Shown in pieces: positions 42,424 through 55,941 of a stretch of 64,000 bases of DNA; the stretch's first letter is position 1; the number at the start of each line of letters is the position of its first letter. The notes under the pieces were generated by a model. That model saw nothing but the letters and a program-made list of their open reading frames with translations, was not told the origin of the DNA and searched no databases. This DNA is from Paecilomyces variotii (taxonomy: Eukaryota). Both the position numbers and the translations under genes were made by a program. The stretch lies in the NCBI GenBank assembly GCA_004022145.1, contig RCNU01000027.1; one strand, written 5' to 3'.

Positions 42424-42938
42424 GGGCCTATACCTCGGCCCAGCCGGGGGCGAGCTCAGCCTACCCTAGAAGCTCAGCCCACCCGAGTATTTTTACCATT
42501 TTTTAAGTGGGCCGAGCTTTTAAACTAAAAACTTTAAAAATTTATTAAAAGTCGAAACCTAAAGATATTTCACTCGAAATTAAATATTTATATAGGTTAT
42601 AACCTATATCTTATATATATAAAAAAAGAAAAATTAAATATCTAAAAATCGATTTTTAAGAATTAAAAAACCAAGAAAGATTTGTAATTTTCGAATTTCT
42701 ATGTGTAATTTACTAACTCTTGCCCTAGCGTACCCAATTAAAATCCTAAAATCCTAATTTTAATATATAATGTAGACTAAAATATAAATTATAATATTTT
42801 TTTATATATTTCTACTATGCCTAAATAGGCTAGGAAAAATCAAAGTTTCTTGGGGTGCGCCGAGATCCCAAATACTTGGGTGGTATGAGCTTTTAGGGTG
42901 GGCTGAGCTCGTCCCCGGCTGGGCTAAGCTATATCCCG
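42424..42938. mobile_element. MITE (515 bp) sharing TIRs with the 7-kb element at 14418-21399
   Basis: Ends GGGCCTATACCTCGGCCCAGCCGGGGG... and ...CCCCGGCTGGGCTAAGCTATATCCCG. 10-bp TSD GTCTCTTATT at 42414-42423 and 42939-42948. Confidence 0.92.
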
Positions 42939-43476
42939 GTCTCTTATTATAATAGTCTAGGCTATATAGAATATATATTATAAAATACAAACTATTAGAA
43001 ATAAAATTTTCTAATTAAATTACTAAGAAAAAACTTAAATTAAAGAAAGGTTTATATTTTTATAACTTTAAATACTGTTAATTATTTTATATAAGTTATA
43101 ATATTTTACTATTTATATACTACTAGGAAAATAGCTATAAGATTCTTAAGCACTATACTATAATAATAAATATATTAATTTAATAATATTAAGATATAGT
43201 ATATAATAATATTTAAATATACTTTTAAAACTGAGAAGCTATTTATTACTATATTTGCTGAATTCTTCTAAATATCTATATATAACTAAGTAACTTAGAA
43301 CTGCAGGCAGAATAATAGTTATTATTAAATAAAATATATAATAACTATTATCTGCTTTCTTTAAACTCTAATATTACTTTAAACTATAGGAAGCTAATAT
43401 AAGTATTTATATTCTTTTTATTAGATAATAGTATAGAAATTAATAGCTGAATTAAATAGTTTTATATTAACTAACT

Positions 43477-45650
43477 TCATATTAACTGCTTATAACTATT
43501 AATCTGCTAGTTTCTTAAAAGACTAAATATAAAAATAGGATTAATTAATAATTTCTTAATATAAGATCTTATTGCTAATACTGCTATACTAAAGTTACTT
43601 ATACTACTACTTAGTCTTATATAAATGCGTTTAAAAGACCTATCTAATAATACTTCTTCTTTTATATTACTTAATATATCTATTTAATATTAGCTTTAAT
43701 AGTATTTCTTACTGCTTCTTAAGTAATAGAAAGTTTTTACCTTTATTAAAAGTAAAGAATTCTATTATAGATATTATATTTAAAGTTTTTAAATAGAGAT
43801 TAGTCTGTTAAAAGAATTCTAAAAGATATATACTTAAAAAAAGGGGTTAGAAAAGTATTTATATTAAAATAAAAACTAAGAAGAATATTATAAGTCTTAG
43901 TTTTTTCTTTTTTTCTTTTTATTAGAATAATACCTTTATCTTTTCTCTACTAATAATCTGCTATTCTATAATATTAATAACCGACCTAGATTTAATAGGT
44001 TATATAGTCTAAAGATATTCTTACTAGTATAGCCCTTATAGAAGATTATTAATTTAGCTAGTTTTAGTCTAAGATATATTGCTTAAGTATATAGTCTATT
44101 ATAATATATAATATTACCTACTTTATATAGTATATAATAAAATAAAATAGAGTCTAAGCTAGTAATTTAAAGAACTTACTATTTAATTATTTAGCTAAAG
44201 AAGAGAGATAGTCCTAATAACTTATAATAAACTAAAATTAAGTTATTTAGCTTTTATCTTAGCTTATATACTAATAATATAATAGATATTATCTTATCTT
44301 ATTAGAATAACAACAGATTTAATTTTAAGATTTTGCTTAAACTAAGATATTACTAATTATTATAACTTAGGTCTTCTCTCTATAATATCTCTTATTCTAT
44401 TATATTCTTAGTTATATATTAATTTATAATTTTCTTATTAATTACTTAATATAATTTATTAGATAGTGCTATAAGTTATAACTTATATCCTAATTATTAA
44501 TAATATTTGCCTCTTCTATTTATATAATTACTCTAGATAAAAAAATCCTTATATTTATTTAGCTAACCTTAGGTCTAATAAAATAACTTCGCCTCTCTTA
44601 CTTATCTTTATTAAATATTAAAAGCTTATTATTAGTCTATATATATTTTTAACTTAAGATAATTATAAATTAGATTCTTATAAGTTCTATGCCTTAATTA
44701 ATTAATAGTACTATTAATATTAGTAATAACTTATTAAATTATTAATAAATATAGAAGTAAACTTATTAGAAGTTATATAGTTACTACCTTTATTAGAATA
44801 TTTAAATATCTTCTAGATTATCTATTATAATTATTTATCCTTTAAGCTAATAAATTATATATAATGCCTTAGTTATTTTAACTGAATAATTTAACTATAA
44901 AGCTATATTAAAGTCTCATATAATTAATATAACTCTTATCTTTATATTTTTACTAATTACTTTCTTTATCTTTAATAAATTATCTTAAGAGATAGAATTA
45001 GTATATTTATACTTATTTAATATTAATTTAGCAAGATAAAGCAATATATTTTGAGAAAAGAGTTAAATATAGATGCTATCTATTAGCCCTTAAGATGCTA
45101 AGTAAATAATTAGTATAAATATACTTATAGTTAATATTAAGATATACTAGACTAACTATATATAAAGCAAATTCTATTATATCTAATATTACACTTTTTT
45201 TTTTAATAAAGATAGCTAAGGCTAATAAGAAACAGAGAGCTAAAAGATAAAATAGCCTTATAAGTCTCTTATAATACTAATAAGTTGCCTTACTATATTA
45301 TATTAACTTTAATTACTTTACTTCTCTAAGTATTAATTTTATTAAGGGCTAATAATTAATTTTATTTATATTTACTATAAGTAGGATTTAAGAGATAAAA
45401 TAATAAAAGTAATTATATAAAATCTGTTTTAATTAGATCCCTATTATAGGCTAACTTAAAATTAGCCTTAAAATAAGTAAATAAGAAATAAGATAGGTAG
45501 ATTTTAAATAAATACCTTTTTTATTCTATAGGGCTAAGAGTTTTTTAGCCTTATATTTAAAATTAAGATTTACTATAGAAGTCCCTGCTTCTTAGCTTAA
45601 AAAATAAAAGATTCTTAATATTTAATCCTTATATAGTAAGTATATACTAT
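43477..45650 (-). pseudogene. Unidentified multi-exon gene relic
   Basis: Minus-strand intron signals (donor GTAAGT ~44180; branch/acceptor at ~43850-43833 and ~45115-45098). A coding-like frame ends in TGA at ~43477, and a GC-richer leader lies at 45670-45780. Confidence 0.35.
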
Positions 45651-48109
45651 TTCTTATTAATATTTCTTATAAGCGTCTCCGGCGGCTATATATACTATAT
45701 AGCCTAGTTGGGGGTAGTAGAAGCGGGAAGAAAAGGCGGTAAGGGTATTAAAGCATAAAGTTTAGGGCGATCGCGTATTTATATATTTAATATCTTATTT
45801 AGTATAGAGAATTTAATCTTAAATAAACTTAATATTACTAAGGCCTTTTAAAGACTTTCTTATATAAAAAATCTTAAGATTAATTAATATTAATATAAGA
45901 TCTATCTCCTCTAGAGCCGGTTTCTAGAGACGCTAAATTTTAGAGACTTAAAATACATATAAAATTCTAGATATAATTATAAGTAATATTAATTATTTAC
46001 TTCTTCTAATATAACTATATATTATTACTACTATAAAGTTATTATAAGACTTATAACTCTTACTAATAAAAGAGATAAAAGAATATATTAAGATAAGATT
46101 TATAAATATACTCTATTTTTAATACTATATACTTAAATATTATAAAATATTTCTAGCTTTAGCAAGAGGTAATAAATAATAAAAGAAGTTAAATAATCCT
46201 AGATATCGATCTATAAGCTAAATACTAGTATATACTAAGTAAAATAATCTTCTTAAATTAATAAAGAGAGCTCTTAAAATTAGTTTAAAAATATTAGCAA
46301 TTAAAAATCTTATATCTAGACTAAGAATTATATTAGCCCTTATCTCTATTTAAAATAATATAGCCTATATCTTATACTTAATAGTAAAAAGATTATATTA
46401 AATTATAATTATAATAAATAAATATAAGGAGCTTATTTAAATAATCTTATATTTATCAGATAATATATATCTCTACTAGAGATAATATATATAGTATATT
46501 AATATATAATATTATATAATCTATACTATTTTTATTCTACTTCTAATAATATCTAGTTTTCTTATCTTAATAAGGAAGCTGATTTAAAAGCAATAATATT
46601 ACTACTTTAGTTTAAAAGTAAGATTAAGAAATATTCTTAAAAGTCCCTCTAATTAAGATTATTCTTCAGACTACTTATATAAAAAAACTATATACTTTTA
46701 TTTAAACCTATATTTCTCTATTATATTCTTACCCGCAAGTAGCTTTAAGATTTTAAATATATATATTTTAGCTATAAAATCTATATATTTAATAATCTTA
46801 AACCTAATTTTTATCTTTAAGAGTATAATTTAATCCTTATTTATTATAACTATTAATACTATATTATCTCTTTATTATATTAAGAATAGTTCTATAGAGA
46901 AGCTATAAGATTTAATATAGATTAAAAGGTTTAATTAATACTTAATAAGCTTAAAGAGTATTAAAGCCTTTTTAGGGTTATAGTCTAGCGGCCCTATAAT
47001 ATTAAGATACTTCTTTACTAGGCGCTTCTTTACTAAATAACTGCCAGTAAACTATAATTAATAGCTTAAGTTTTACTTTTAATTTCTTATTCCTAAAGAT
47101 TAGTATATTAAGCAATATTTAATAAATATAATTACTCTATTATTTAGTTAGTATAAATATAAAGCTAAAAGAATTAGAAGATAATATATATATTTAAAAA
47201 ATAGCTATTACTATAGTCTATAAAGATATTAAATTTATTATAGAAGTAATAAGTTTAATTTATATTAAATATACTCGGTTACTAATAAATTATAGTATCT
47301 CTTACTAATTATACTATATCTTCTAAGGGAACTCTCTCTATAATAAAATATATTATCCTTATAATTTTAAAGTTATATTTAGCATTTTATAATAGTTTCT
47401 AGGCTTATTTAGTAATAAAGAGCTAATTAGTAGAATAGTATAGGGCAATATAATTATATTATTATATATTTAAGTATTATAATAAAATAACTAATCTCTA
47501 AATAGAAAATAGTAAAAGAGAGTTAAGCATTTAAAAACTTATAAGATATATTTTTTTACCTTTAAAAATAGATTAGTAGAAATAATTCCTATACTTATAT
47601 CTCTATCTCAATTACTTAAATTATTAATAGAAGTACTTGGATAATTATTTAGCCTATTAATATAGGATAAGCTCTAAAGCTACATAAAAAGCTTATAATC
47701 TAAATTTTATATAAAGCTTTATATAAGTATTTTTATTTAATAAGTAATAGACTATAATTTAAATACTTTACTAATCTCTATAAACTAAGTTTTATACTAA
47801 TATATATATCGGCTAGTAATAGATATAACCTAAAATACTAGTTTCTAAGAGAATAGGGTAATATTTATAATTTAATAGCTATTAGGCTATGTATTAGGCT
47901 ATAGTTTACCCCTATATATAGGATAGAGAGAGTCTGAATATAAAAAACTATAAGGCAATATTACTGTATATAAGTTAAATAAAATAATTATAAAATATTA
48001 TATAGGCGCTATTTATAGGAGATAATAAGTTAATAAAGATACTCTTTTTTAGCCGTATTAATTATTATAATTTAGAGGTAGTAATAGTATTTCTAGTTTC
48101 TTAACCTTA

Positions 48110-48406
48110 ATTAGCTCTTTTATTAGGACCGCGCTGCGCGCGGTCTTGCTATCTTAACGCTACTGACTATTTTAATATAAATTTCTATAAATATTATTAT
48201 TTTTTAGTTTTTAATTAATTAGATATTATAGAACTAGTATTTTAAATCTAGTTTCTAATATTTCTTTAAGAATTTAGCATTATAGTTAATTAGGAATAAT
48301 CTAGAAAGATTTAAAACGACGTATTTTTATATAGTATTTATTAAAATAGTTAGTAGCGTTAAGATAGTAGAACTGCGCGTAGCGCGGTCTTAATAAAAGG
48401 GCCGAT
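48110..48406. mobile_element. MITE (297 bp) related to the pogo-like family at 37138 and 50632
   Basis: ~70-bp TIRs containing AGGACCGCGCTGCGCGCGGTC and GCTATCTTAACGC; ends ...GGGCCGAT; TA TSD. Confidence 0.88.
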
Positions 48407-49668
48407 TAATTATATTATAAGTACCTTATATTTATTATTTTATTTAATACTAAATTTTAAGAGGCTATAGTAAAAAGTAATAAGTATAATATAAATTAAA
48501 ATAGTTAAAATTAAAATCCTAGGTAATAATAAGATAGCCTTATATATTATTATATATTTTAATACTAAGTGCTGGCACTATAATATAAAGTTAGAGAAAA
48601 ACTATATAAGATAATTAATCTATAAAGACTTAGCTATATTATATTTAGATATATAAATTAATTTAACTTAAAGATATATAATTTAAAATATATCTTATTA
48701 TAGATAATATAATATTTACTAGCTTTTATAATATAAACTAAAATACTTCTACTAACTACTTTAGCTCTATATACTAAGTTATTAATAAAAGCTTTACTAA
48801 TCTTATTAAATAATAAAATAATTAATCTTAAATCCTTATAGCTTTAAAAAAAATAAATAAGCCTTATAAGATTTATCTAGTTCTTATACTTATATAGCAT
48901 AATATTATAGTTTATATTATAGAGTACTAATAGCTTTATAGATAAGAAATAAAGATATATAAACTAATCTAGCTTTAAATCCTAATAGCTTAAGATTAAT
49001 AGATTAGTTAATAATATATTTAAAGTTACTATCTAGATTTTTAAAAAGATTTAAGTCTAATATATTTAAAGAAACTAGATCTTATATAGTAGTAAGAAAT
49101 AGCTGCTAAGGCATTACCTCTATTAATATTAGAGAGAACATTTCATATAAAATATCTATAAAATCTCTTATCTATAGTTATTAAATAGGTAAATCTAAGA
49201 AATAAGATATAATATTTCTGCCTTAGAGTTAATCTACTGCTATTACTATAAAAAAAGAAGAGGTATATATTTATAAGCTATAAATCTAATAGGTAAGTAT
49301 ATAATACAGGCAGTTAAAATTAAAATTAAAGGTAATTAGTAGAAACTTATATTTAGTTATATACTTACCTTAATATTAGTTAAAGAATATAGCAGAGACT
49401 TAATCTTAAAATTAGGCTAGCTATTATAGTAAGAGATAAGTATAAAAATATTAATAAGATATTATAACTAGCGAAGTTTATTAATTTATTATTACCTTAA
49501 ATATTAATATCTTCTTAAGATTTAAATAGATAATAATTCCCTTTATTTAATATTACTCCTATAATAAGTTATATATTTTTAATTATAAAGAAACTATAAC
49601 CTATTTATTTAAAGATAGCTATATCTGTTATAGCGCTAAGAAAGGGTCTTTATACTAATAAGCTAATA

Positions 49669-52600
49669 CTATTACGTCCTAAAGTTTTTATAATTTTCGC
49701 ATTTTACCTGTATTACGCGATTTTATCCTCCTTTTACTAACTACTACCTACTATGCTATAAAGTCTATTAGGTTAAATTAATCTTAATAGTAAGCATAGT
49801 ATCAAATTAAGTCCCTATACCTGTAGTATTATTATAGATAGGATATATAAAGAGGTTATACTAATAAAACTTAGCAGGGATTATAAAATTATGCGATTAA
49901 CTATTATCTTAACTATTAAATAAGATCCTAAATATAAGGACGGCGAATCTTTTCTACAATTTAGATATTTAAAGGTGCTTTTACTAAGGGATAAGTATTA
50001 TATTCTACTTTAAATTAAGCGCGATCTCTTTATTAAATACTAGGTAATATATAATATAACTAGATTAGATTTTTTAATACTATCTTCTTTTAAGCAATTA
50101 AAGAGTTAGGTTATAAAATATTAGTAAGCTAAAAAGCGATTATTACTTACTAAAGAATATACTAAACTATATCTTAAATAAGCTAAAAATATAAGAAATA
50201 GAAAGTAAATAAGTAGTCGCGAATTATTTAAAGTAATAAATATTCTATTAAACTTAGTAAGAGAAAGTAAATTTATTAAAAATTCTACCTTAATTAATTA
50301 AGCGAGAAATAAAAAAACAGTATATTCTATTATTTAAAAAGGGCAAGAGTATCTCTATAATAATTTAAGTAATTATTTAAGGTAGTAAGTATTTAAAAAT
50401 TATATTTATAGTCTAAGATAAGGAATCTAAATATTAAAGATACTCTATAGAGTCCTATCTCTAGGTTTTAGAGAATAACCTCTATTTAATATAGGAACTA
50501 GGCTTAGAATTTATATAAGATAATGCTCTAAATTCAGCTTAAAAGGTTAAGGTATAATTTAAGGAGAATAATATTCCTATTATAGTATAGCCACTATATT
50601 TACTAGATTTAAACCCTATTAAATATACTTAATCGGCCCTAAAATTAGGACCGCGCGTAGTGCAGTCCCGCTATCTTAACGCAAATACCTAGCTTAATAT
50701 AAATCTATATAAAATCTATTACTTTTTAAAGCTTTTAAACCTATTAAATCTAACTAATCGCCTAATTAAATATAATACTATATAGAATAGGATCCCCTTT
50801 AGTTAGTCTATATCTTTAAAGCTATTTTCTGCGGCTTAATTATCTGCCTAAACTTAATTATTACTTGCTTTTATTTAGACTTTAATTTTTATAATATCTT
50901 CTTATTACTATTCTTAAAGGTTTATAATTAAATATAATCTATATTATATTTTATTATAATATCTCCGCGTTATAGAACCCTTTTAGATGCTTTAGAATAG
51001 ACTTAATAGGCTAGTTATACCCTAGCTAAGGCCTTAAGCTCCTTTTATATTTAGTCTATAATATAAGACTAAATAATATTATTTTTTAACAGTTTTTAAA
51101 ACCTATTAGTAAAATAATTTAAATTAAATTTAAGCTAAAATAGATATTATTTAAATTATTTAAATTATTTTGCAGTCTTTAGTATAATATTTAGAATAAA
51201 TAACCTATTAATAGGTTAAGGGATAGCAGGTTTATTATCTATTTCTTAAAGCTTATTTAATATAATATTTAGGTTATATAGATAAAGGCTAATCTTTATA
51301 AATACGCTTTTAATAGTAGAGGATTTAAAAATCTTTAATTATATAAATCTAAATATTTAAAGGAACTTATACTTGCTAAACTTAAAATTGCTTATTTTTA
51401 TATTAAGATTAACAGCTTTATTATAGTAGTACTTAAATACTTAAAAAATATTAATATCTAATAGTTAGATTAAATAACTAATATAAGGTATTAATATAAA
51501 GAAAAGGATCTTTTTCTTTTTATAGTAATTAAGCACTTTATATATTAAATAAGAGCCATATCTATTATATAAAAGGAGGTAATAAGTCCTTTATTAATAA
51601 TAAGCGAACTAGCAATTAAAATATTATATCTATTAATAGGCTAAATAATTATTTATATATCTAGAGTTAGATACTCTAATCGCGGTATTAATATCTAGGA
51701 GCTTAAACTATTCTATCTAGATATACTTACCAACTAAAATAATAAAGGGGGAAAGTACTAATCTATTAGCACTTATTATTTTAATTAGTATAATTATCTA
51801 TATATAACTTTTTTTACCGTTTAAGGGTAATAATTTAATAATCTTTCCCTTCTCCTACTTAAAAGCCTATTTTATTTATATTATAGAGATCTGTAAGTTA
51901 TATAACTAGACTAACTAATATTTATTTATAGTAATAATATTAGTCCTATATATTATTTAGGTAATAAGCCTTTTTTCTATCTATATTAAGAGCTTATTGC
52001 CTTTATATATATATCTTAAGATATTATTTAAGGAACTATTTAAGCTAGTATTTACTGATTTTTAGCGGAGGTATTAAGAGGTCTTAATAAGCTTAAGCTA
52101 AGATTAAATTTATATAATTAGCTATTATTCTTTATATTAGGAATAATCTAATTATATCTAGGTGTTTAATATACTTATAAATAGCAAGCTCCTAAACTAG
52201 AGAGAATAATTAATTAGTTAAAAGTTTATTAGACTGTGAAATATAACTATAATAGCAAGATAGAAGATATAGATAAGGTATATTAAACTAATATATAGCT
52301 TGCGCAATATTGGGTTTTAATTGGTTAGATAATATGGCAAGAGTATATTAGATCCTATTTTTAATATTACTATAGGATTTAGATATTGTAGTAGATTAAG
52401 AATAATATAGAAAGTTGAAATTTAATAAATCTAGATAATTTTATATTAAGCTGGGTGTTTATATTAAGATAGCGGGACCGCGCTACGCGCGGTCCTAATT
52501 TTAGGGCCGATTAGGCAAAGTTTAAAGAATATATCTATTAGCTTAATCTGCATATTAAATATATAACTAAGATTAAAGAAGAAATTAGAAATATATTTAA

Positions 52601-52888
52601 AGAGCTTATTTAAGAGGCGTAAGAGAATCTAAGTTAGGATTATTTTAATAAGTTAGTTAAATTAATAGAATATAGAGTTTAGGCAGTTTTAAAGGCGCAA
52701 GGCTGGTATATAAAGTATTAGAGGTTATTTAAACTAGCTAGCTAAAGAAACACTATTTGAAAATATTATATTAAAATCCTAGGATCCTAGGATTAAAGGG
52801 GTTTAAGTAGGATTTAATTTAAAACTATATATTTTTTATTTAGTAGCGGGCAAGATGTGGATTATTGAATACTTTTAGCATAGTACTA
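49669..52888 (+). mobile_element. Tc1/impala-like DD34E transposon, interrupted by a pogo-like element
   Basis: ATG at 49753. The WPPYSPDLNPIEH|WAK.KE motif spans the insertion point (50588-50631 / 52514). C-terminus AVLKAQGWY(T)KY* ends at 52721. Net length is ~1.34 kb. The TIRs match only weakly, so the ends are approximate. Confidence 0.8.
50632..52511 (-). mobile_element. pogo/Fot1-like element, copy 2
   Basis: Same TIRs and internal sequence as 37138-39042; TA TSD at 50630-50631 and 52512-52513. Confidence 0.92.
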
Positions 52889-54069
52889 TAGCTTAAAAAG
52901 AGAATAACTTAGAGCAAGAGATTTGCCAGTAAAACTTTTAACCGCTTATAATATTAAGGAGTAGTTAAGAGATAAAGGATCTTATAAAAGAATTGAGATT
53001 CCTTTTTTAAATTCTTTTCTTTTCCTTTCTCTAGCTTAAAGTTCTCTTTATATTATCTTACTAGATTAAACCTTTAATAAATCTAATTTAGTCTACTTAA
53101 GCGTAATATTATTTTAAGCTTATTTTACCTATCTTATTTTATTTTTTTTAAGTTTTTTATCTGAGTATATTATACTATCTGTAAAACTTACTTATTATAA
53201 TTAATAAAATACTTAACCTTAAATTAGGCTTTTATTATAATAAAAAAAAACCTATTAATAAATCTAATTACCTTTTTAAGGTAATTTTAGAGATTATAAC
53301 GAGAAGCTTAATTAAGAATTAAAAAAAAGGAATTAATAATTATTATATCTTATTTTATTAATAATAATAAGCTAACTAAGCTCTCTTAAGATAAGTTCTA
53401 GAAGACTCTTAAAGAAATCTTATTAAAATTTAAAATATATAATATTATACTGCTATTACCCTTTTAAAGAGAATCTATAATTTAAAATATATTAAATACC
53501 TGAATAAATATAAAATTAAATATAATTATAATTTTGCCTAATAGCTCTATTAAGAGAAATACTATATAATAAAGGTAGAATAATAAGTTAACTATAGAAC
53601 TTATTTATAAATAAAAAAACTATAAGGAGACTCTTATTAATATAGCCTTTTAGAGTATTTTAAAACCTAGGGGTAAATTAATCTTAATATTTTATTAAAT
53701 TATTTAATCTACTCTTACTTATTATAGACGAAAGGTATAGATACAGTATAGTAGGCTATACTGCCTTTATTCTACCGGGTAATTGGGCATATGTTATATC
53801 TTAGCTAGCTATAGAACTTAGAGAATTTAACTTTCTTACTCCTATAATATCTTATAAGTAGTAGTATATTTTAAGTCTAGTTAGCCTTACTATCTTGCCT
53901 AAGCACAGGTAACTAGTGTTATATATTTTATTATTTTATCTATTGTTTTATCTGTTATTTTATTAGCTTAAGTTTTAAGCAAGTCTATTATAATACTATA
54001 ATAAGTCCTATTATTATATTATATTTAAGTTAAATTTTTTATTACTAGTAATCTAATAATTACCCTATA

Positions 54070-55941
54070 ATATATTTCCCGGCTAACCTAGCTACCTAAC
54101 CAAGCTAGCTACCCTATTAACTTTCTCCGCTATATTAAAATTAATATTATTCAAACACCTACTATACTACTAAAATAGCTTAAATTATTAAAAAATTATA
54201 TCGAGTAAAAGGGCAGACTCCTATTAGCAGTTCAAGCTTTAAAAAAAAATCAGATTTTATTTATGCAAAAAGTAGCATTAATTTTTAATATCCCCCGCTT
54301 AACTTTATAGTCAAGACTTTAAGGATATTAATTTTGCCATAATATACCTAATAATATATTAAGATTAATAAAGCTACAGGAGCAATTGCTTATATAATAG
54401 ATATTATTTATAGATTAATATAGAGCAAATCTGCGGCCTACTTATATTTAAGAAATAGCAAGTCTTTTTATAGACTAAGATAGCGAGATTTAACTAGGCA
54501 AGAATTGGGTATTTTTATTTATTAGATATTATCCTAAGCTAAGAACTGTTTATTTTAGACAGTATACTTATTAGAGAGCTAAATGCAAAAACCTGAAGAT
54601 TATTAAACCCTAGTTTAATATTATCCAGATTAATAGACTGCAATTTAAAATCGCGGATAAAGATATCTATAATTTTAATAAAACTAGATATATTATAGGC
54701 CTTACTGCTACTGCGAAAATTATAACACAAGCTAAATATTATAGGAAGTATTAGGTTATTTAACTAGGGAATTGTAAATAAGTTACTTTAATTAAATATG
54801 TCAATGCTATAGGATAGGCTCTATCTCTATATATCATTTTTAAAGGGAAGACCTATATATAAGCTTAGTACAAGAATCCTAATCTACTAAAGGATTAGAG
54901 GATTAAAATAAGCAATAATAGCTAAACTATAGATAAGATTAGAATATATTGGCTTTAAAATATTTTTATACCTCAGACAGCTTATTAGTTAATTAAAAGC
55001 TATTACCTTCTTATTCTAAATAGGCACGGCAGTTATTTAACCCCTAAATTTAATAAGATATATAGTAAGAATAATATTATTCCTCTCTATATGCTACTAT
55101 ACTTATTAATTTATTATTAACTTTTAGATATTAGCTGCTTTAAACCTTTAAAAGGAATATATAATTACTTAGTCTAGGAGAAGCAAAGACGGGGGTTTAA
55201 TTATATTAATAAGCTTAACTTCCTAAGCATTTACCCTGAAGCTTATATATAGGCATTCTCTTCAGATACTATTAAAAGCGGATTTAGAGCTATTAATATA
55301 GTCCTTTTTAATCTAGAAGAAGTGCTTAGACAATTTATTATTTAATTAGAGACTCCTACTCTATTAAGAACTTAATTAATTACTTCTAATATCTCCCTAT
55401 TTAAGATATTATAAAATCAGAAAGATTTAGAGAAATATAGGACTATGATTTAAAGCTTACTTAGGAGATAAACCTAGAGTCCTACAGCTACTAATCTAGG
55501 TATCTTAGATTATTTTATTTAATAATATAAATACCTAGTAAGCGAAAAAACTCTTATAATATAAGAGATCTAAGATTTATACTTAACTAATAAAGAACTA
55601 TAGTAAAAAAAATAATAATCTATTTATTAAATAGGTCCTATATAAGATTTAAGTATTAAAAAAGATTAAGCTTTTATATAGAGGAATTAGGAAGCAATTA
55701 AAGCTTTTATTAATATAATTAAGGGTTTAGATACTACGCCTATACAGCAGCGCCAGCGAGCGCCACTATAGTATATAAATTGCAGAGTTAGGGGTTATAC
55801 AAGGGTTAGATGCCCTAATTAATATAGCGATTAAATATCGTGAAATAATGCTGTTATTATAGTATAAATTCAAATAGTATTTTATATAGGTAGTTAAAGT
55901 AGCTAGCTTAGTTAGGTAGCCAGGTCGGCCGGGAAATATAT
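54070..55941 (+). mobile_element. Fot1/pogo DDE_1 transposon, full length (1872 bp), inserted in the leader of gypsy C
   Basis: TIR A(C)(G)TATTTCCCGGC(C)(G)ACCT..; TA TSD. Motifs ILDGHGSHLTP (~55013-55045), PHS..LLQPLD.SCF (~55096-55141) and a C-terminal C..C...GH....CP zinc knuckle (~55772-55816). Confidence 0.92.

Larger units (their letters stand above)
33150..43000 (-). pseudogene. Possible tyrosine recombinase (DUF3435/Crypton-like) relic, split by the copia at 34145-42288 and the MITE at 42424-42938
   Basis: RIP-compatible motifs: LLLTA(R)(P) (~33964-33984), (G)F-x6-Y-x-L-(R)-(H/R)-S (~33550-33590), an intron with donor GTAAGT at ~33529, then L-(G)-(W/Q)-x8-Y. Several key residues require back-mutation. 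Confidence 0.35.

Noticed and set aside
42802-42990. 62-aa minus-strand ORF
   Set aside because: Chance ORF crossing a MITE TIR and its flank.
47274-47285. ctcggttactaa matching the 28262 inverted repeat
   Set aside because: Only 12 bp, with no further similarity or TSD; may be chance.
54539-54730. 63-aa minus-strand ORF
   Set aside because: Antisense to the Fot1 transposase relic.
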